This document shows, in pieces, positions 1 through 9,998 of a stretch of DNA of 64,000 bases (position 1 is the stretch's first letter; each line of letters begins with the position of its first letter). The stretch covers positions 160,001-224,000 of the forward strand of contig CBDCWP010000044.1 of the NCBI GenBank assembly GCA_965223505.1, read 5' to 3'. Below the pieces are notes generated by a model. That model saw only the letters and a program-made list of their open reading frames with translations. It ran no database searches and was not told the DNA's origin. This DNA is from Planctomycetota bacterium (GTDB taxonomy: Bacteria; Planctomycetota; PLA2; JAEUHO01). Made by a program: the position numbers and the translations under genes.

Positions 1-1045
1 GATCGCGCCGGTCGCCCGTGCGTTCCCGGTCGCGTTCCTCCGCCTGCCGGTGCCAGCTGACGGCGATGTGACCGCGGGAGATCGGCCGGCAACACGCACC
101 GCCGTCGAACGAGAGTCGCGCGTAGGCGAGGTCGCGCTCCTGATCGAAGTCCCGCTCGAGCTCCGATCCGACGGCCGTGCCCGCGAAGGGCACACTGAAG
201 ACCGTGCGCTCCGTGCGCGGCGCGTCGAACTGGCGCACCCGCTGGTACGCGAAGGTCAACTCCCACGGCCGGGACAGCCGAATGTCGACGCGTGCATCCA
301 TTGCCCAGTCGTCGATGTCTCCGGTCTCGGGCTGCCGGCCGGCCCCGCTGGTGATGTCGCCGAAGTGCTTGTACGTGACGCCCGCGGCCCAGCCGATGTT
401 GTCGAGATTGCCTTCGACCTGCGAGCGGACCGCGACGGCGTTCTCGGCGGACGCGTACCGCGAGTAGACGGCGCCGCCGACGTGCAGGCCGCGGCGGAAC
501 GAGGTGCGCCGCCACGGGATCACGTTCACCGTGCCGCCGACGGCGTCACTGCCGTACAACACGGAGTGGGGACCTCGTACGACCTCGAGGTCGGCGATCG
601 AGTAGGGGTCGATCGTGCTCCAGTACTGATTCGGGCCGGCTCGGAACGCCGAGTTGTTGAGTCGGATGCCGTCGATGAGCATCAAGTTTTGGTAGGCGGT
701 GAACCCGCGGATGAACGGTGAGCTCTGGTGGGGCGCGGTCTTCTGGACCATGACGCCCGGCAGCGCCTTGAGGGCATCGGGTAGGGAGCGCGGGGCGCGG
801 CGTCGCAGGATCTCGTCCTGATCCAGGACGGTGACGGCGGCGGGGGTGTCGAAGACGCGCTCCGCGCGACGAAGCGTCGTCGTGCCGTATGCGACACCTG
901 TGCCGTGGATCCGGGGCGCCACGACCTCGATGGGGGGCAGCGACTCGAGCGGCGGCGGCTCCGGCGCGTCCGGTTCGTCTTCGGCAAAGGCGCCGGACGC
1001 CGTCGCAGCGAGCCCCAGCACCACAGCGAACGCGAACCGCAACAC
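1..1045 (-). CDS. TonB-dependent receptor, N-terminal part (runs off the window start)
   Basis: Absent from the ORF track. Manual minus-strand translation from GTG at 1045 (GGAGG upstream) gives signal peptide VLRFAFAVVLGLAATASGAFA, then plug-domain motifs DALKALPGVMVQKT, SPFIRGFTAYQNLMLIDGIRLN and LEVVRGPHSVLYGSDAVGGTVN. Confidence 0.92.
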   Translation of the reverse strand, partial: MLRFAFAVVLGLAATASGAFAEDEPDAPEPPPLESLPPIEVVAPRIHGTGVAYGTTTLRRAERVFDTPAAVTVLDQDEILRRRAPRSLPDALKALPGVMVQKTAPHQSSPFIRGFTAYQNLMLIDGIRLNNSAFRAGPNQYWSTIDPYSIADLEVVRGPHSVLYGSDAVGGTVNVIPWRRTSFRRGLHVGGAVYSRYASAENAVAVRSQVEGNLDNIGWAAGVTYKHFGDITSGAGRQPETGDIDDWAMDARVDIRLSRPWELTFAYQRVRQFDAPRTERTVFSVPFAGTAVGSELERDFDQERDLAYARLSFDGGACCRPISRGHIAVSWHRQAEERDRERTGDRRD

Positions 1046-1148
1046 GGAGCCCTCCCACGCCTTCCCGTGAGGAACGACGATGGTGCCAGGGGGTTCGGCC
1101 AAAACAACGCGGAAAGCGACCGTATGCTGTCCACGGAGGCGCACTCGC

Positions 1149-1328
1149 ATGAACGACGAATACCGGGTCGAGCTCAAACCTCGGCAGTGGGCCTATCTCG
1201 AGGAGATGGCCGAGAAGCACGGGTTGCCGGACGTGTCGAAGGCGCTGCGTTGCCTGGTGAATTTCGCGGTGGAAGAGCCCGACCGCGAAGGCGACATCTT
1301 CCAGGAGATCCGCTGCAGCGACTGCTAG
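1149..1328 (+). CDS. Small ribbon-helix-helix-like protein with C-terminal CxxC
   Basis: ATG 1149 with GGAGG RBS; 59 aa YRVELKPRQWAYLEEMAEKHGLPDVSKALRCLVNFA fits a beta-alpha-alpha pattern; ends RCSDC. Confidence 0.7.
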   Translation: MNDEYRVELKPRQWAYLEEMAEKHGLPDVSKALRCLVNFAVEEPDREGDIFQEIRCSDC

Positions 1329-1384
1329 CGGCGGTCCAGGGATCCGCGCCGTCGTCGAGCGGTCACCTTCTGCCTTCGATCGCC

Positions 1385-1425
1385 AAAAAACGAAAAAGAC
1401 CCCCGGCGACGAATCGCCGGGGGCC
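1385..1425 (-). terminator. Rho-independent terminator
   Basis: Minus strand CCCCCGGCGA-TTCG-TCGCCGGGGG hairpin followed by TCTTTTTCGTTTTTT, just downstream of the thioredoxin-family gene. Confidence 0.85.
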
Positions 1426-1453
1426 TCGAAATGGTCAGGCGTGAACGAGGGGT

Positions 1454-2548
1454 CTACTTGCCGCCACCCATCCCGTCGTCGTCACCGCCGTCGTCGTCTT
1501 CGCCGTCATCCTCGTCGTCGTCGTCCTCGTCTTCTTCTTCGTCCTCGCCGCCCTTCTCGAGCTGCGCGGCGACGCCGTCGACGTAGGCCTGGGCCTGCGG
1601 ATTGTTCTTGTAGAGATCGTCCTGCTTGACGCGCTCGATCATCGCCTTGGCGTCGTCGATGCGCTCGCCCTTGGCAAGCCACTGCGCAACCGCCACGCCG
1701 ACACCGACGAACATACGGCCCGAGAGGTGCTTGCTGGCCATGAGCGCCTCGTGGATCTTCGCGAATTCTGCGTCCGTGGGCGGACGCTGTTCCTTCGGGA
1801 AGAGCGCCTTGAGCTTCTCTTCTTCCTCGACACGCAGGCGACGCTCACGCTCCGCCGCGACCTTCTCCTTCAAGCCCAACGAGCCGTCCGGATCCGCCTT
1901 GTCGGCGGCATCGAGAACCCAGTCGAACGCCGGGTAGCCCAGCAGGTTGTTGTCGGCGAGCACAGGGAAGGCGGCCTTGAGCGCCTCGAGGTCCTTGTGC
2001 TCCGTGTCCGCGATCAGCTTCTTGACCGCGGCGCCGCCCTCCTGCAGCTCGTCGAGATGCTTGAGGTAGGCCTCGGGGCCGCCCGCCTTGTAGCCGGTGC
2101 GCCCGTAGGGCGTGCCGTCGGCGGTCGTGACCATGATGGTCGGGTAGCCGGCGCAGCTGTATTCCTTGAACAAGCGGTCGCGAAGCTCGGGGTCGACGAC
2201 CGCCTTCTTGAGCTCTTCGCTGTTCGGTTTGTCCATGAACACGAAGACGAACTTCTTCGTCGCCGCATCCACGAACTCCTTGTGCATGAACACCTCTTTG
2301 TCGAGGCGAATGCACCAACCGCACCAGTCGCTGCCGGTGAAGTTGATCACGAGATCCTTGTTCTCGGCCTTCGCCTGGGCGGTGGCCTTGGTGAAGTCCA
2401 TGACCCAGGGAAGGTGGGCCTCTTCGGTCTCGGCTTCGCCCTCTTCTTCCTCGGCGAAAGCCAGGCTGCCGGTGGTGACGGGCAGCGCCAGCGCGGCGAG
2501 CAGCCCGAAGAGCACGGCCCAGCGTCCGCGCAGAAGGTGATGCGTCAT
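1454..2548 (-). CDS. Exported thioredoxin-family protein with acidic tail
   Basis: AAGGAG RBS before ATG 2548; signal peptide; FTGSDWCGWCIRL and GYPT cis-Pro motif; poly-D/E C-terminus. Confidence 0.9.
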   Translation of the reverse strand: MTHHLLRGRWAVLFGLLAALALPVTTGSLAFAEEEEGEAETEEAHLPWVMDFTKATAQAKAENKDLVINFTGSDWCGWCIRLDKEVFMHKEFVDAATKKFVFVFMDKPNSEELKKAVVDPELRDRLFKEYSCAGYPTIMVTTADGTPYGRTGYKAGGPEAYLKHLDELQEGGAAVKKLIADTEHKDLEALKAAFPVLADNNLLGYPAFDWVLDAADKADPDGSLGLKEKVAAERERRLRVEEEEKLKALFPKEQRPPTDAEFAKIHEALMASKHLSGRMFVGVGVAVAQWLAKGERIDDAKAMIERVKQDDLYKNNPQAQAYVDGVAAQLEKGGEDEEEDEDDDDEDDGEDDDGGDDDGMGGGK

Positions 2549-2731
2549 GATTGCTCCTTGGATGTGAATGCGGCTCCCCGAGCCAATCGAAGGACGCCGG
2601 GGGGTTGGCCGATGTTTCCCTGCTCTCGCGGGGCCGCGAGGGGGCAGGGGCCTCGGTCCTTTTCCGCTGAAGCCCACGATATCCTCGGACCGGCCAACGG
2701 ACGAAACGCGCTTCGAAGAATCAGCGCGCCC

Positions 2732-2998
2732 TCAGAACGTCCGCGACAGCAGCCAGAGGAGCGCGGCGCCGCCGACCCCTACGATCAGGGAGCCCGGCGC
2801 CCCGAAGAGAACGTAGCCGCCGACGACCGCGGCCATCCAGACGGCGCTCGCCACGACCTGGACGGCGCGCCAGAACGGATCGCGCAGTCCTGGGACCGGG
2901 GTGGCCTTCCCACAGCCCGGGCAGTTGACGTAGCCCCCCGTCAGGTGTGCTTCGACGGTGAAGAAGTGTCCGCACGAACAACGGACCGGCACCGCCAC
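2732..2998 (-). CDS. Small Zn-ribbon membrane protein
   Basis: CSCG...CPGCG followed by two hydrophobic helices; 7 nt downstream of the previous gene. Confidence 0.7.
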   Translation of the reverse strand: MAVPVRCSCGHFFTVEAHLTGGYVNCPGCGKATPVPGLRDPFWRAVQVVASAVWMAAVVGGYVLFGAPGSLIVGVGGAALLWLLSRTF

Positions 2999-3005
2999 CG
3001 GCCCG

Positions 3006-3584
3006 TCAGTTCTGCCGGCCTTCGATGGCCGCGATCAAGACGGCGGCACCCCAGACGAGCCGCCGGTCGATCGTGCATGCCGGCCGGATCGAGACGTCGA
3101 GCTTGTGCACGAACGGGTTGAAGCGCTGGCTCAGCACCGCGAGCTCGTTGCCGCCCTCGTCCTTCAGGTGAAACGTCTGTGGAATGAGGTTCGTGAGAAA
3201 GCGGCGCAGGAACGCGAGGCCGCCGCTGTCTTCCTCCAGCTTCGCCACCGGGACGTCGTTCTCGTCCAGCAGCTCCCACGCGTCACGCAAGATCGACTTG
3301 AACCCCTTGCGGCGCGCCGCGCCGACCTTGGTTCCCGCCTGCGCATCGATGATGTCGTACGCCGCGGAGAAGTCGATGATCTGCCGCGCGTGAATGGTCA
3401 AGAGCTCTTGCGTTGCCGACTCGTCGGCATAGAGCCGAATGTCCTCCTTGAGCTTGAACGCCTTCTGCTTGCTGAAGCCGACGACGTTGCCGTCGGGATC
3501 GTAGACGTGAAAACTCGCGCCGAAGACCTTGAGGAACTTGCGGCGAATCATGAACTCCGACAGCTCGAAGGGACTGGACGTCAC
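3006..3584 (-). CDS. LURP-one/scramblase (tubby C-terminal-like) family protein
   Basis: GTG start with GGAG; motifs SKQKAFKLKEDIRLY, IHARQIIDFSAAYDI, RRKGFKSILRDAW. Confidence 0.8.
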   Translation of the reverse strand: MTSSPFELSEFMIRRKFLKVFGASFHVYDPDGNVVGFSKQKAFKLKEDIRLYADESATQELLTIHARQIIDFSAAYDIIDAQAGTKVGAARRKGFKSILRDAWELLDENDVPVAKLEEDSGGLAFLRRFLTNLIPQTFHLKDEGGNELAVLSQRFNPFVHKLDVSIRPACTIDRRLVWGAAVLIAAIEGRQN

Positions 3585-3664
3585 GATGGCACTCCGTTGA
3601 CCGGCAACACTGTAATTCCGATCCTCGCACGGATCACGTGTCGCACGTCGAGTTCGATTCGGCG

Positions 3665-4438
3665 TCAACGGCTCGTCATCATCGCTTCGACGCTGCGCGG
3701 GGCCAGGTGAAGCGCGACGTCGCCTCCCCGCAGGAGGTCCACCGCCTGCATGACTGCGGTTCCCGACCAGAAGGGCCGCATGCCGCGAAGCAATACGACG
3801 AACACCTCTTGACCGTACGCGTCGATGAGCGCGCCGAGCAACGTGCCCGCATCGTGGCGCTCGGGCAGCACGGGCAGGCGGCGGCGGTCGACGGTGAGGC
3901 ACATGCCGTCTTCGACCTCTTCGAACGACGCGCAGAACGGGGTGGCCTGCCGGTCCCGGCCCGCGCAGACGATGGCGCTCGTTCCGCGATCCTGGTCGTC
4001 CGGCTCCGCCTGCGTATCCTCGTCGGACTCCGTGTCGACGAAGTGCCCGCCGGCCGGAAGATCGAGTCCGAGGAACCCGACCTCTTCGTCGGTCAGGGCC
4101 GTCCGCAACGTGCAGCCGATTTCGACGAAGTCGCCGCGCGTGTCGGCGCGACCGACACGCACCAGTCGAAGCCCCTTGCTCACGAGCGTGCCGAGCAGCT
4201 CGTAGTGGAACGACGCGACCACGACGTCGCCGAGACACTCGGTCACCTGACGACCGATCTCGGCCAGCGACCGCTCGGATCCGAGACCGATCTCCTCCAG
4301 TGGAATCGCCAGCCCGACACCGATGCGGCTGAGGTCGACGGTGGTCGCATGGACGGTACGGGCGCCGACCCGCAGCCTCACGGGAAGGCGGCAGGAAATG
4401 CGGGGTGCGCGACGGCGGTCTTCAGGCCGGCTCTGCAT
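3665..4438 (-). CDS. PilZ domain-containing protein
   Basis: AAGGAG RBS; RRRAPR (RxxxR) and DLSRIG (DxSxxG) c-di-GMP-binding motifs. Confidence 0.85.
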   Translation of the reverse strand: MQSRPEDRRRAPRISCRLPVRLRVGARTVHATTVDLSRIGVGLAIPLEEIGLGSERSLAEIGRQVTECLGDVVVASFHYELLGTLVSKGLRLVRVGRADTRGDFVEIGCTLRTALTDEEVGFLGLDLPAGGHFVDTESDEDTQAEPDDQDRGTSAIVCAGRDRQATPFCASFEEVEDGMCLTVDRRRLPVLPERHDAGTLLGALIDAYGQEVFVVLLRGMRPFWSGTAVMQAVDLLRGGDVALHLAPRSVEAMMTSR

Positions 4439-4806
4439 CTGGGACTCCTTGCGAGCCCCCCTGACGATGATTGCGCCGGAAAACGGGTCCCTTCCCTTCG
4501 ACCGTTCCGGTTGCCGAACTGCAGGGAAAAACAGGCCGCCCGGCCCTTCAAACAGCCTCTTCATGCCGTTTGGGGGGGGCGAGGCCCCGCTCTTGACTTC
4601 TCCTTGGCGTTCGCGTTGCGCTGTGGGGGCCCCCGGTCGCAGAATCCTCGCTGAGATGGGCTCCGCCGACGCGGAGTCGTGGCGCCGCGGGACCCCAGGG
4701 GTGGGAGGGGCTTCCGGCCCCTGCGGACGATTCTGGCGTTTCGGATAACGAGCATGTGCGATCAAAGCGGCCTCACTCGGGCTAGGCCCCATAGAGAAAC
4801 CCAACC

Positions 4807-5628
4807 GTGAGTCCCCGCGGCTGCGTGGGCGTCGGAGCAGAGGACGTCGGCGTCCTCCCGCTCGGCGCGGCGCTGCGTGCGCTGTGTCGGCGGATCAACG
4901 ATGACCGGTATGCGGCGGCGCGAGACGTCGACGCGTATCGCGCGGGCGTGTTCACGGGGCACGAGGAGGACGAGGCTCTTCGCGAGCTGTGGGAGCGTTG
5001 CGCGCAAGCGTTGACGGAACTCATCAGCGACGCGCTGCGGAAACGACGACAGCTTCGGCTGTTCGCGCTCCAGTTGAATTGGGATGCGGAACAGCTCGCT
5101 ACGAACGCGCTGCCCTACATGTTCGAACGAGGTGGCGCGCGGGTGGCGCGCATGTGCATCAAGCGTGAACGGCTCGGTGAGACGTATGCCCAGAACTGGG
5201 CGTTGCAAATCGTTCAACAGCGCGCACAACGCGAGCTCGAGCAATTGCGCACATGTCGACAGTACGAGCAGAAAGCGGGCGAAAGACGCGTTTTGGGCGC
5301 TCCGGACGAGTTTGTCGATTCGTCGCACGCGTCACTCATTGCCGAAGGCATCATTGCTACTCTCACGGACGAGCAGAGAGCGGTGTTTCGGACCTATTCG
5401 TTGTACGAGTTCGACGATTCGGGCCGGCGGTCCGGCGAACACGTTTCGATACGGAAGGCCGCGCAGCTCCTGACCGATACGACGGGAGAGTCGTGGACGT
5501 TTCATCGAGTCCGAAACGGTCATTCGCAGATCTTGAACCTGCTACGCGCGCACTTGCCGCCGGATCGTCCGGCACTCGTTCTCGAGGTGTACGCGAGAGT
5601 CGCCGCGGGAGTGCTCTCGCGACGTTAG
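4807..5628 (+). CDS. Hypothetical protein, possibly a divergent sigma-70-like factor
   Basis: 273-aa ORF with less GC-biased codons; C-terminal TLTDEQRAVF...SIRKAAQLL...VRNGHSQILNLLR resembles a sigma region-4 HTH. Confidence 0.5.
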   Translation: MSPRGCVGVGAEDVGVLPLGAALRALCRRINDDRYAAARDVDAYRAGVFTGHEEDEALRELWERCAQALTELISDALRKRRQLRLFALQLNWDAEQLATNALPYMFERGGARVARMCIKRERLGETYAQNWALQIVQQRAQRELEQLRTCRQYEQKAGERRVLGAPDEFVDSSHASLIAEGIIATLTDEQRAVFRTYSLYEFDDSGRRSGEHVSIRKAAQLLTDTTGESWTFHRVRNGHSQILNLLRAHLPPDRPALVLEVYARVAAGVLSRR

Positions 5629-5638
5629 GGGCGGGCGG

Positions 5639-6046
5639 ATGAGCCCCCCGGTCGTGCCCGGTTCCCTGTATCACTGGCCGGGCGGTGGGGAAGATCGTTG
5701 GGTCCTGCCGCTCGAGGTGGACCACGAGCGGTTGTTGTTGTGCCTGTACGACGACGTCATGGAGGCGCGCAAGGAAGACGTGCTGCTGCTCAAAGGGGAG
5801 GCGCTCCCGGAGAAGAGTCTCTTCGGCATCCCCGCCCTTGCGACGCAGGGCATGCTCCCTGTGGGAACACGTCCCGTCGGCTGCGTGCAGCGCGACATGT
5901 TGGAGCTCGTCCAGCACGACGTGGCGGCGGCGCGCCGCGCCCCGCAACACAGCGCATCGCTGGCGGCCCGCGGACGCTTCGGCCTACGGGCGGCGCGCGA
6001 TGCCTCGACGCTGCGGTCCGGTGGGGGTCCCTACGAGCGTAGCTAG
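5639..6046 (+). CDS. Hypothetical protein
   Basis: 135-aa ORF filling the gap between co-oriented genes; no recognisable motif. Confidence 0.45.
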   Translation: MSPPVVPGSLYHWPGGGEDRWVLPLEVDHERLLLCLYDDVMEARKEDVLLLKGEALPEKSLFGIPALATQGMLPVGTRPVGCVQRDMLELVQHDVAAARRAPQHSASLAARGRFGLRAARDASTLRSGGGPYERS

Positions 6047-6076
6047 ACGCTCGCGACGCGGATGGGAGGTCGTCGC

Positions 6077-6364
6077 ATGCCCGGTACGCAGTCTAAGCGC
6101 ATCCGTGCCTTCGTCACCGGCCGCGTGCAGGGGGTCTGGTTCCGCAAGTCCACCCGCGACGAGGCGACGCGCCTGGGCCTCTCGGGCTGGGTGCGCAACC
6201 GGTCCGACGGGCGCGTCGAGCTGGTGGCGGAGGGCGTGCCCGACGCCGTGGATCGCCTGATTCGCTGGGCGCACGACGGGCCCCGGGATGCGCGCGTCGA
6301 CGACGTCGCGTGCGAGGAGGAGCCGGTGTCGGGCGCGGAGCCTCCGTTCGAGGTGCGGTACTGA
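6077..6364 (+). CDS. acyP: Acylphosphatase
   Basis: VTGRVQGVWFR and GWVRNRSDGRVE signatures; GGAGG RBS. Confidence 0.95.
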   Translation: MPGTQSKRIRAFVTGRVQGVWFRKSTRDEATRLGLSGWVRNRSDGRVELVAEGVPDAVDRLIRWAHDGPRDARVDDVACEEEPVSGAEPPFEVRY

Positions 6365-6506
6365 ATTGCGCGTATCCCGGTGGGCGGCTCGCGCGATGTG
6401 ACCTGTGGGGGGGCCCGCGACCACGGCACGCACCGCTGCATTCCCGCCGATGCGGCAGCGGTTTCGTGACCTTGCGTCCGTACCGTCGCGCCGGGAGGTA
6501 CGCCGC

Positions 6507-9167
6507 ATGATCCGAAGGCTCGCGCACACCCTCGCGTGCCTTGCGTGCATCTGGTGCGCCGCACCGGCGCCGGCCTCGGCCGACGGCACGGTCGAAGGCT
6601 GGATTCGCGATCTCGCATCGTCCGACCCCGAGCGCGTTCGCGACGCTCAGGATGCGATCGGTGACATGGGCACCTCAGCCCTGCTTGCAGTCGAACGGAT
6701 GCTTCGCGCGCCCGAGCCGCTCGACCGCATCAACGCGCTCGGCGCGGTCGCGCGCTTCGGTGTCGAGGCGGCGCCGATCTTCAACGCCGTCTACGCCGCA
6801 CTCGACGATCGCAGCCCCGGCGTGCAACGCGAGGCGCTGCGCGCCATCGGCGCCCTCGGGCCGCACGCGGCCGAGGCGGAGAAGCGGCTCGCGCTCGTTC
6901 GCACGGTGGCGCGCCGGCAGCACCGCATCCTGCGCGAAGCCCCGCCCGACGGCACACCCGACTACGCCAATCGCATTCACGACGCCGCGCTGCGTTGGGT
7001 CCGAAGCGACGAGGCGCTGCACGCCATTGCCGAACAGACGGTCTTCGGCGACCTGGAAGACCCGGCGCGCTCGGGCCGCAGGGTGACCGCATGGATCGAC
7101 CGCCTCGTCGCCCGCTGGCGTGCGGACGCGTCGTCGCGGCACTTCGTCATCGAGGGCTCGCTCAACCTTCCGGCGCACATGCACTTGCCGTTCGCCGACG
7201 GACGCGAGATTCGCATCTCCCGGTTCCTGCACTTCGTCGGTGCGCTCGACGTCGCCCACGAGCTGCTCGACGGACCGCCGGACGGCGCGCCGTGGTCCGC
7301 GGCGCCCGGCTGGAATGCGCTGCGGGGCGCACCGGCGCGCATCGCCATCCCGCACCTGTTGCGGCGGCTGCGGATGCAGCTGCGCATCTTCGAGCTCGAC
7401 GTGCGTGACGGGAGCATCGTCGATCTGCATCCGCAGCTGGCCGTGCTGATCGCGTCCTGGGGCACGGTCGCCGTGCCGTTGCTCGACGCGGCGCTCGCCA
7501 AGGGCATCGAACGCGGCGACAGACACCTTCTCGCGGCCGTGTGTCTGGCGATCGCCGCGCTTCGTTGCGACTGCAAGGCCCTCGTCCCCAACCTGGTCCG
7601 CGTTGCCATGGCGCGGATCGGTCGCTCGAGGTCGTACGCGATGCGGCTCCTGGCCCGTGTGGGTCCGGCCGCCGACGGGGCGGTCGCGCCACTGGTGGCT
7701 TCGTGGAACCGCGGCGATCCGGTGGAGAAGTGGGTCGCGCTCTACGCCCTCGCCGGGCTCGGCACGGCATCGAAGTGCGTCGTGCCGGACATCGAGGCCA
7801 TGCTCGCCACCGGCAAGCAGCGCTTCTTCTTGTTGGAAGCATCGTGGTTGCGCGTCGTCGCGCACCGCGTTCGACACGGCGCCGCTGGTTTCAGCGCGGC
7901 GCTACGCGACCCGGAAGCGCGCCTGGCCGCCTTGAGCTGGCTCGCAGCGGAGCGTCATCGAATGCGGTTGCCGTTCGACGCGCTGCTCGAAGTCGTCCGT
8001 CGCGCACCCGGCGACGAAGCGGCGCTCGCGGCCAGGCTGTTGCTGCGCGGTGGACCCGATGCCGTGCAGCAGCTGCGCGCGAAGGCGACGACGAAGTCCG
8101 CCCTTGCGGCCGTCGCCGCCGCCGCGGCCCCCGCCTGGCATCGACCGACGACCGCGCGATGGGGCCTTTCCGAGATCTTCGAGGGCGCCGGTCTCGAACC
8201 GCCGAGCGCGCGCACGGTATGGGAGGTGCGCGCGCCGCTGCGCGTAGCGTTGGATGCGCCGGACCCGGTGGTCGCAAGCGACGCGGCGGCGGCGCTCGCG
8301 CGTCTCGATCATCCGACCGACGAGATCGCCGAACCCTTGGTCGCGCTGCTCGATGCCGCATCGCCGCTCGTTCGCGGCGCCGCGGCGCTCGCGCTCGGCC
8401 GCCATGCGGCACGGGACGACGAAACGCTCGAGGCGCTGCGCGCGCGTCTCGACGATCCCGAGCTCGACGTGCGCGTCGCGGTCGTGCACGCGTTGAGCCG
8501 CGCGGGTGATGCCGCCGCCGCGGACGTTCCACGCATGTTCGCGTCCCTCGATCAAGGACTCGCGCGGTTCGTCGAGGCCCACGAGCACCATGCCGGCGAC
8601 GCCGATCTTTCGTTCGACGAAGCGGGCGGCCTCTCGGAGTGGGTCGACCGCGGCGGCCCCGGTTTCGACGCCCTGCTCGACGGGCTTGCGCACCGCACGC
8701 GTTGGGTGCGCGTTCTCGTGGCCACGGCGCTGGCGCGCGCGACGCGGCCGAACCGGCGCAGCGTGGAGGCGCTGCTGGGCCAGATCGACGACGCGGACGA
8801 CCTCGCCTGGGACCGCTTCGGCTGGGCGCTCCAACAGATCGCCCCGCGGGTCCCCGGGGGGGTGCGCCGCATCGCGCAGGAGCTCGGGAGCCCGAACAAC
8901 CGCTCGCAGACACGCGCGGCCGAGCTGCTTCGATGGCTCGGGCCCGACGCGCGTCCGGCCGTCGACGAGCTGACCACCGCGCTCGAGGATCCGGTCGTAC
9001 GGGTGCGCCGGCTCGCGGCCGAGACGCTCGGCCGCATCGGCTATCCCGCGCGCGGCTCGCTGCTCGCGCTGCAGACGACAGCGCTCGATCCGGTCGGCGA
9101 GGTGCGTAGCGAGGCGCGGCGCGCCGTTCGCGCGATTCGCGGCGCCGTGCTCGATCCGTACTACTGA
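6507..9167 (+). CDS. Exported HEAT-repeat protein
   Basis: GGAGG RBS; signal peptide; repeated LxDxxxxVRxxAxxALG units. Confidence 0.85.
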   Translation: MIRRLAHTLACLACIWCAAPAPASADGTVEGWIRDLASSDPERVRDAQDAIGDMGTSALLAVERMLRAPEPLDRINALGAVARFGVEAAPIFNAVYAALDDRSPGVQREALRAIGALGPHAAEAEKRLALVRTVARRQHRILREAPPDGTPDYANRIHDAALRWVRSDEALHAIAEQTVFGDLEDPARSGRRVTAWIDRLVARWRADASSRHFVIEGSLNLPAHMHLPFADGREIRISRFLHFVGALDVAHELLDGPPDGAPWSAAPGWNALRGAPARIAIPHLLRRLRMQLRIFELDVRDGSIVDLHPQLAVLIASWGTVAVPLLDAALAKGIERGDRHLLAAVCLAIAALRCDCKALVPNLVRVAMARIGRSRSYAMRLLARVGPAADGAVAPLVASWNRGDPVEKWVALYALAGLGTASKCVVPDIEAMLATGKQRFFLLEASWLRVVAHRVRHGAAGFSAALRDPEARLAALSWLAAERHRMRLPFDALLEVVRRAPGDEAALAARLLLRGGPDAVQQLRAKATTKSALAAVAAAAAPAWHRPTTARWGLSEIFEGAGLEPPSARTVWEVRAPLRVALDAPDPVVASDAAAALARLDHPTDEIAEPLVALLDAASPLVRGAAALALGRHAARDDETLEALRARLDDPELDVRVAVVHALSRAGDAAAADVPRMFASLDQGLARFVEAHEHHAGDADLSFDEAGGLSEWVDRGGPGFDALLDGLAHRTRWVRVLVATALARATRPNRRSVEALLGQIDDADDLAWDRFGWALQQIAPRVPGGVRRIAQELGSPNNRSQTRAAELLRWLGPDARPAVDELTTALEDPVVRVRRLAAETLGRIGYPARGSLLALQTTALDPVGEVRSEARRAVRAIRGAVLDPYY

Positions 9168-9198
9168 TCCGCGCCGACCGCGCCCGTATGCTGCGGGC

Positions 9199-9969
9199 AT
9201 GAAGGTACTTCTCTGGGTCGGGTTGGGGATCATCCTGGTCATCGGCGTCGCCGTGTTCGGGTTCTTTGGTGTCTACTCGTCGACCAAGGCGGAGCTGCAG
9301 CCGTTGGCGGAGGCGTTCCTGGAGGACGTGCGTGACGGCGAGTTCGACGACGCGTACGCGCGCACGTCGAGCATCTTCCGCGCCGCAACGACCCAGCAAG
9401 GCTTGCAGGGCTACATGGCCTATCGCGAGCAGCTGCTCGGCGCGTACAAGAGCATCGTCGACGTCAAGGGGTTTCAGCGCAGCGCGGGAACGGGTCAGAA
9501 GTCGATCGGCAGCATCACCGTCGACATCGAGTTCGAGAAGGGGGTCGCGGAGGGCGAGTTCCAGTTCCAGAAGGAGGGCGGGGCTTGGATGCTCAACAAG
9601 GTGTCCATCCTCGTCCCGGACGCGCTCGCGCCCGAACCGGACGAGAGCATGATCGCGTCGTCGGTCAAGGCCAACCTCTCGCGGTACAACGAACGCAAGT
9701 TCGCCAACATGCACGCGAACTTCACGAAGGAGGCGCGCAAGCGGGAGTCGGTCAAGGACTTCGAGAAGCGCATGCGGGCGGTCCGGGACGGCACCGACGT
9801 CGTCGAACGCTGGCAGCTGACCGACGAGGTGGTCAGTGACGACCGTCGCGAACGCCGCCTGACGTACCTCGTCTTCTTCAAGGACGGGAAGAAGACGACC
9901 CTCGAGATCAAGCTCGTCTGGCGCAACGCGTTCTGGCAGACCGAAGCGCTCTCGATCAATCCTGTCTAG
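9199..9969 (+). CDS. Membrane-anchored hypothetical protein with two similar small (DUF4019/NTF2-like) domains
   Basis: N-terminal TM helix; AEAFL..DG.FDDAY..TS..FR pattern loosely repeated. Confidence 0.65.
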   Translation: MKVLLWVGLGIILVIGVAVFGFFGVYSSTKAELQPLAEAFLEDVRDGEFDDAYARTSSIFRAATTQQGLQGYMAYREQLLGAYKSIVDVKGFQRSAGTGQKSIGSITVDIEFEKGVAEGEFQFQKEGGAWMLNKVSILVPDALAPEPDESMIASSVKANLSRYNERKFANMHANFTKEARKRESVKDFEKRMRAVRDGTDVVERWQLTDEVVSDDRRERRLTYLVFFKDGKKTTLEIKLVWRNAFWQTEALSINPV

Positions 9970-9998
9970 CGCCTCGCTCGGTTGCGTGTAGCGCCTCG

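Noticed and set aside
1046..1148. Cobalamin riboswitch upstream of the TonB-dependent receptor (GGGAAGGC present)
   Set aside because: The region is only about 100 nt, shared with a divergent gene, and lacks the other conserved elements
4439..4806. c-di-GMP riboswitch upstream of the PilZ gene
   Set aside because: Could not find the GEMM consensus (GGCAAAC...GNRA...GACGCAAAG); kept only as an unspecified structured spacer
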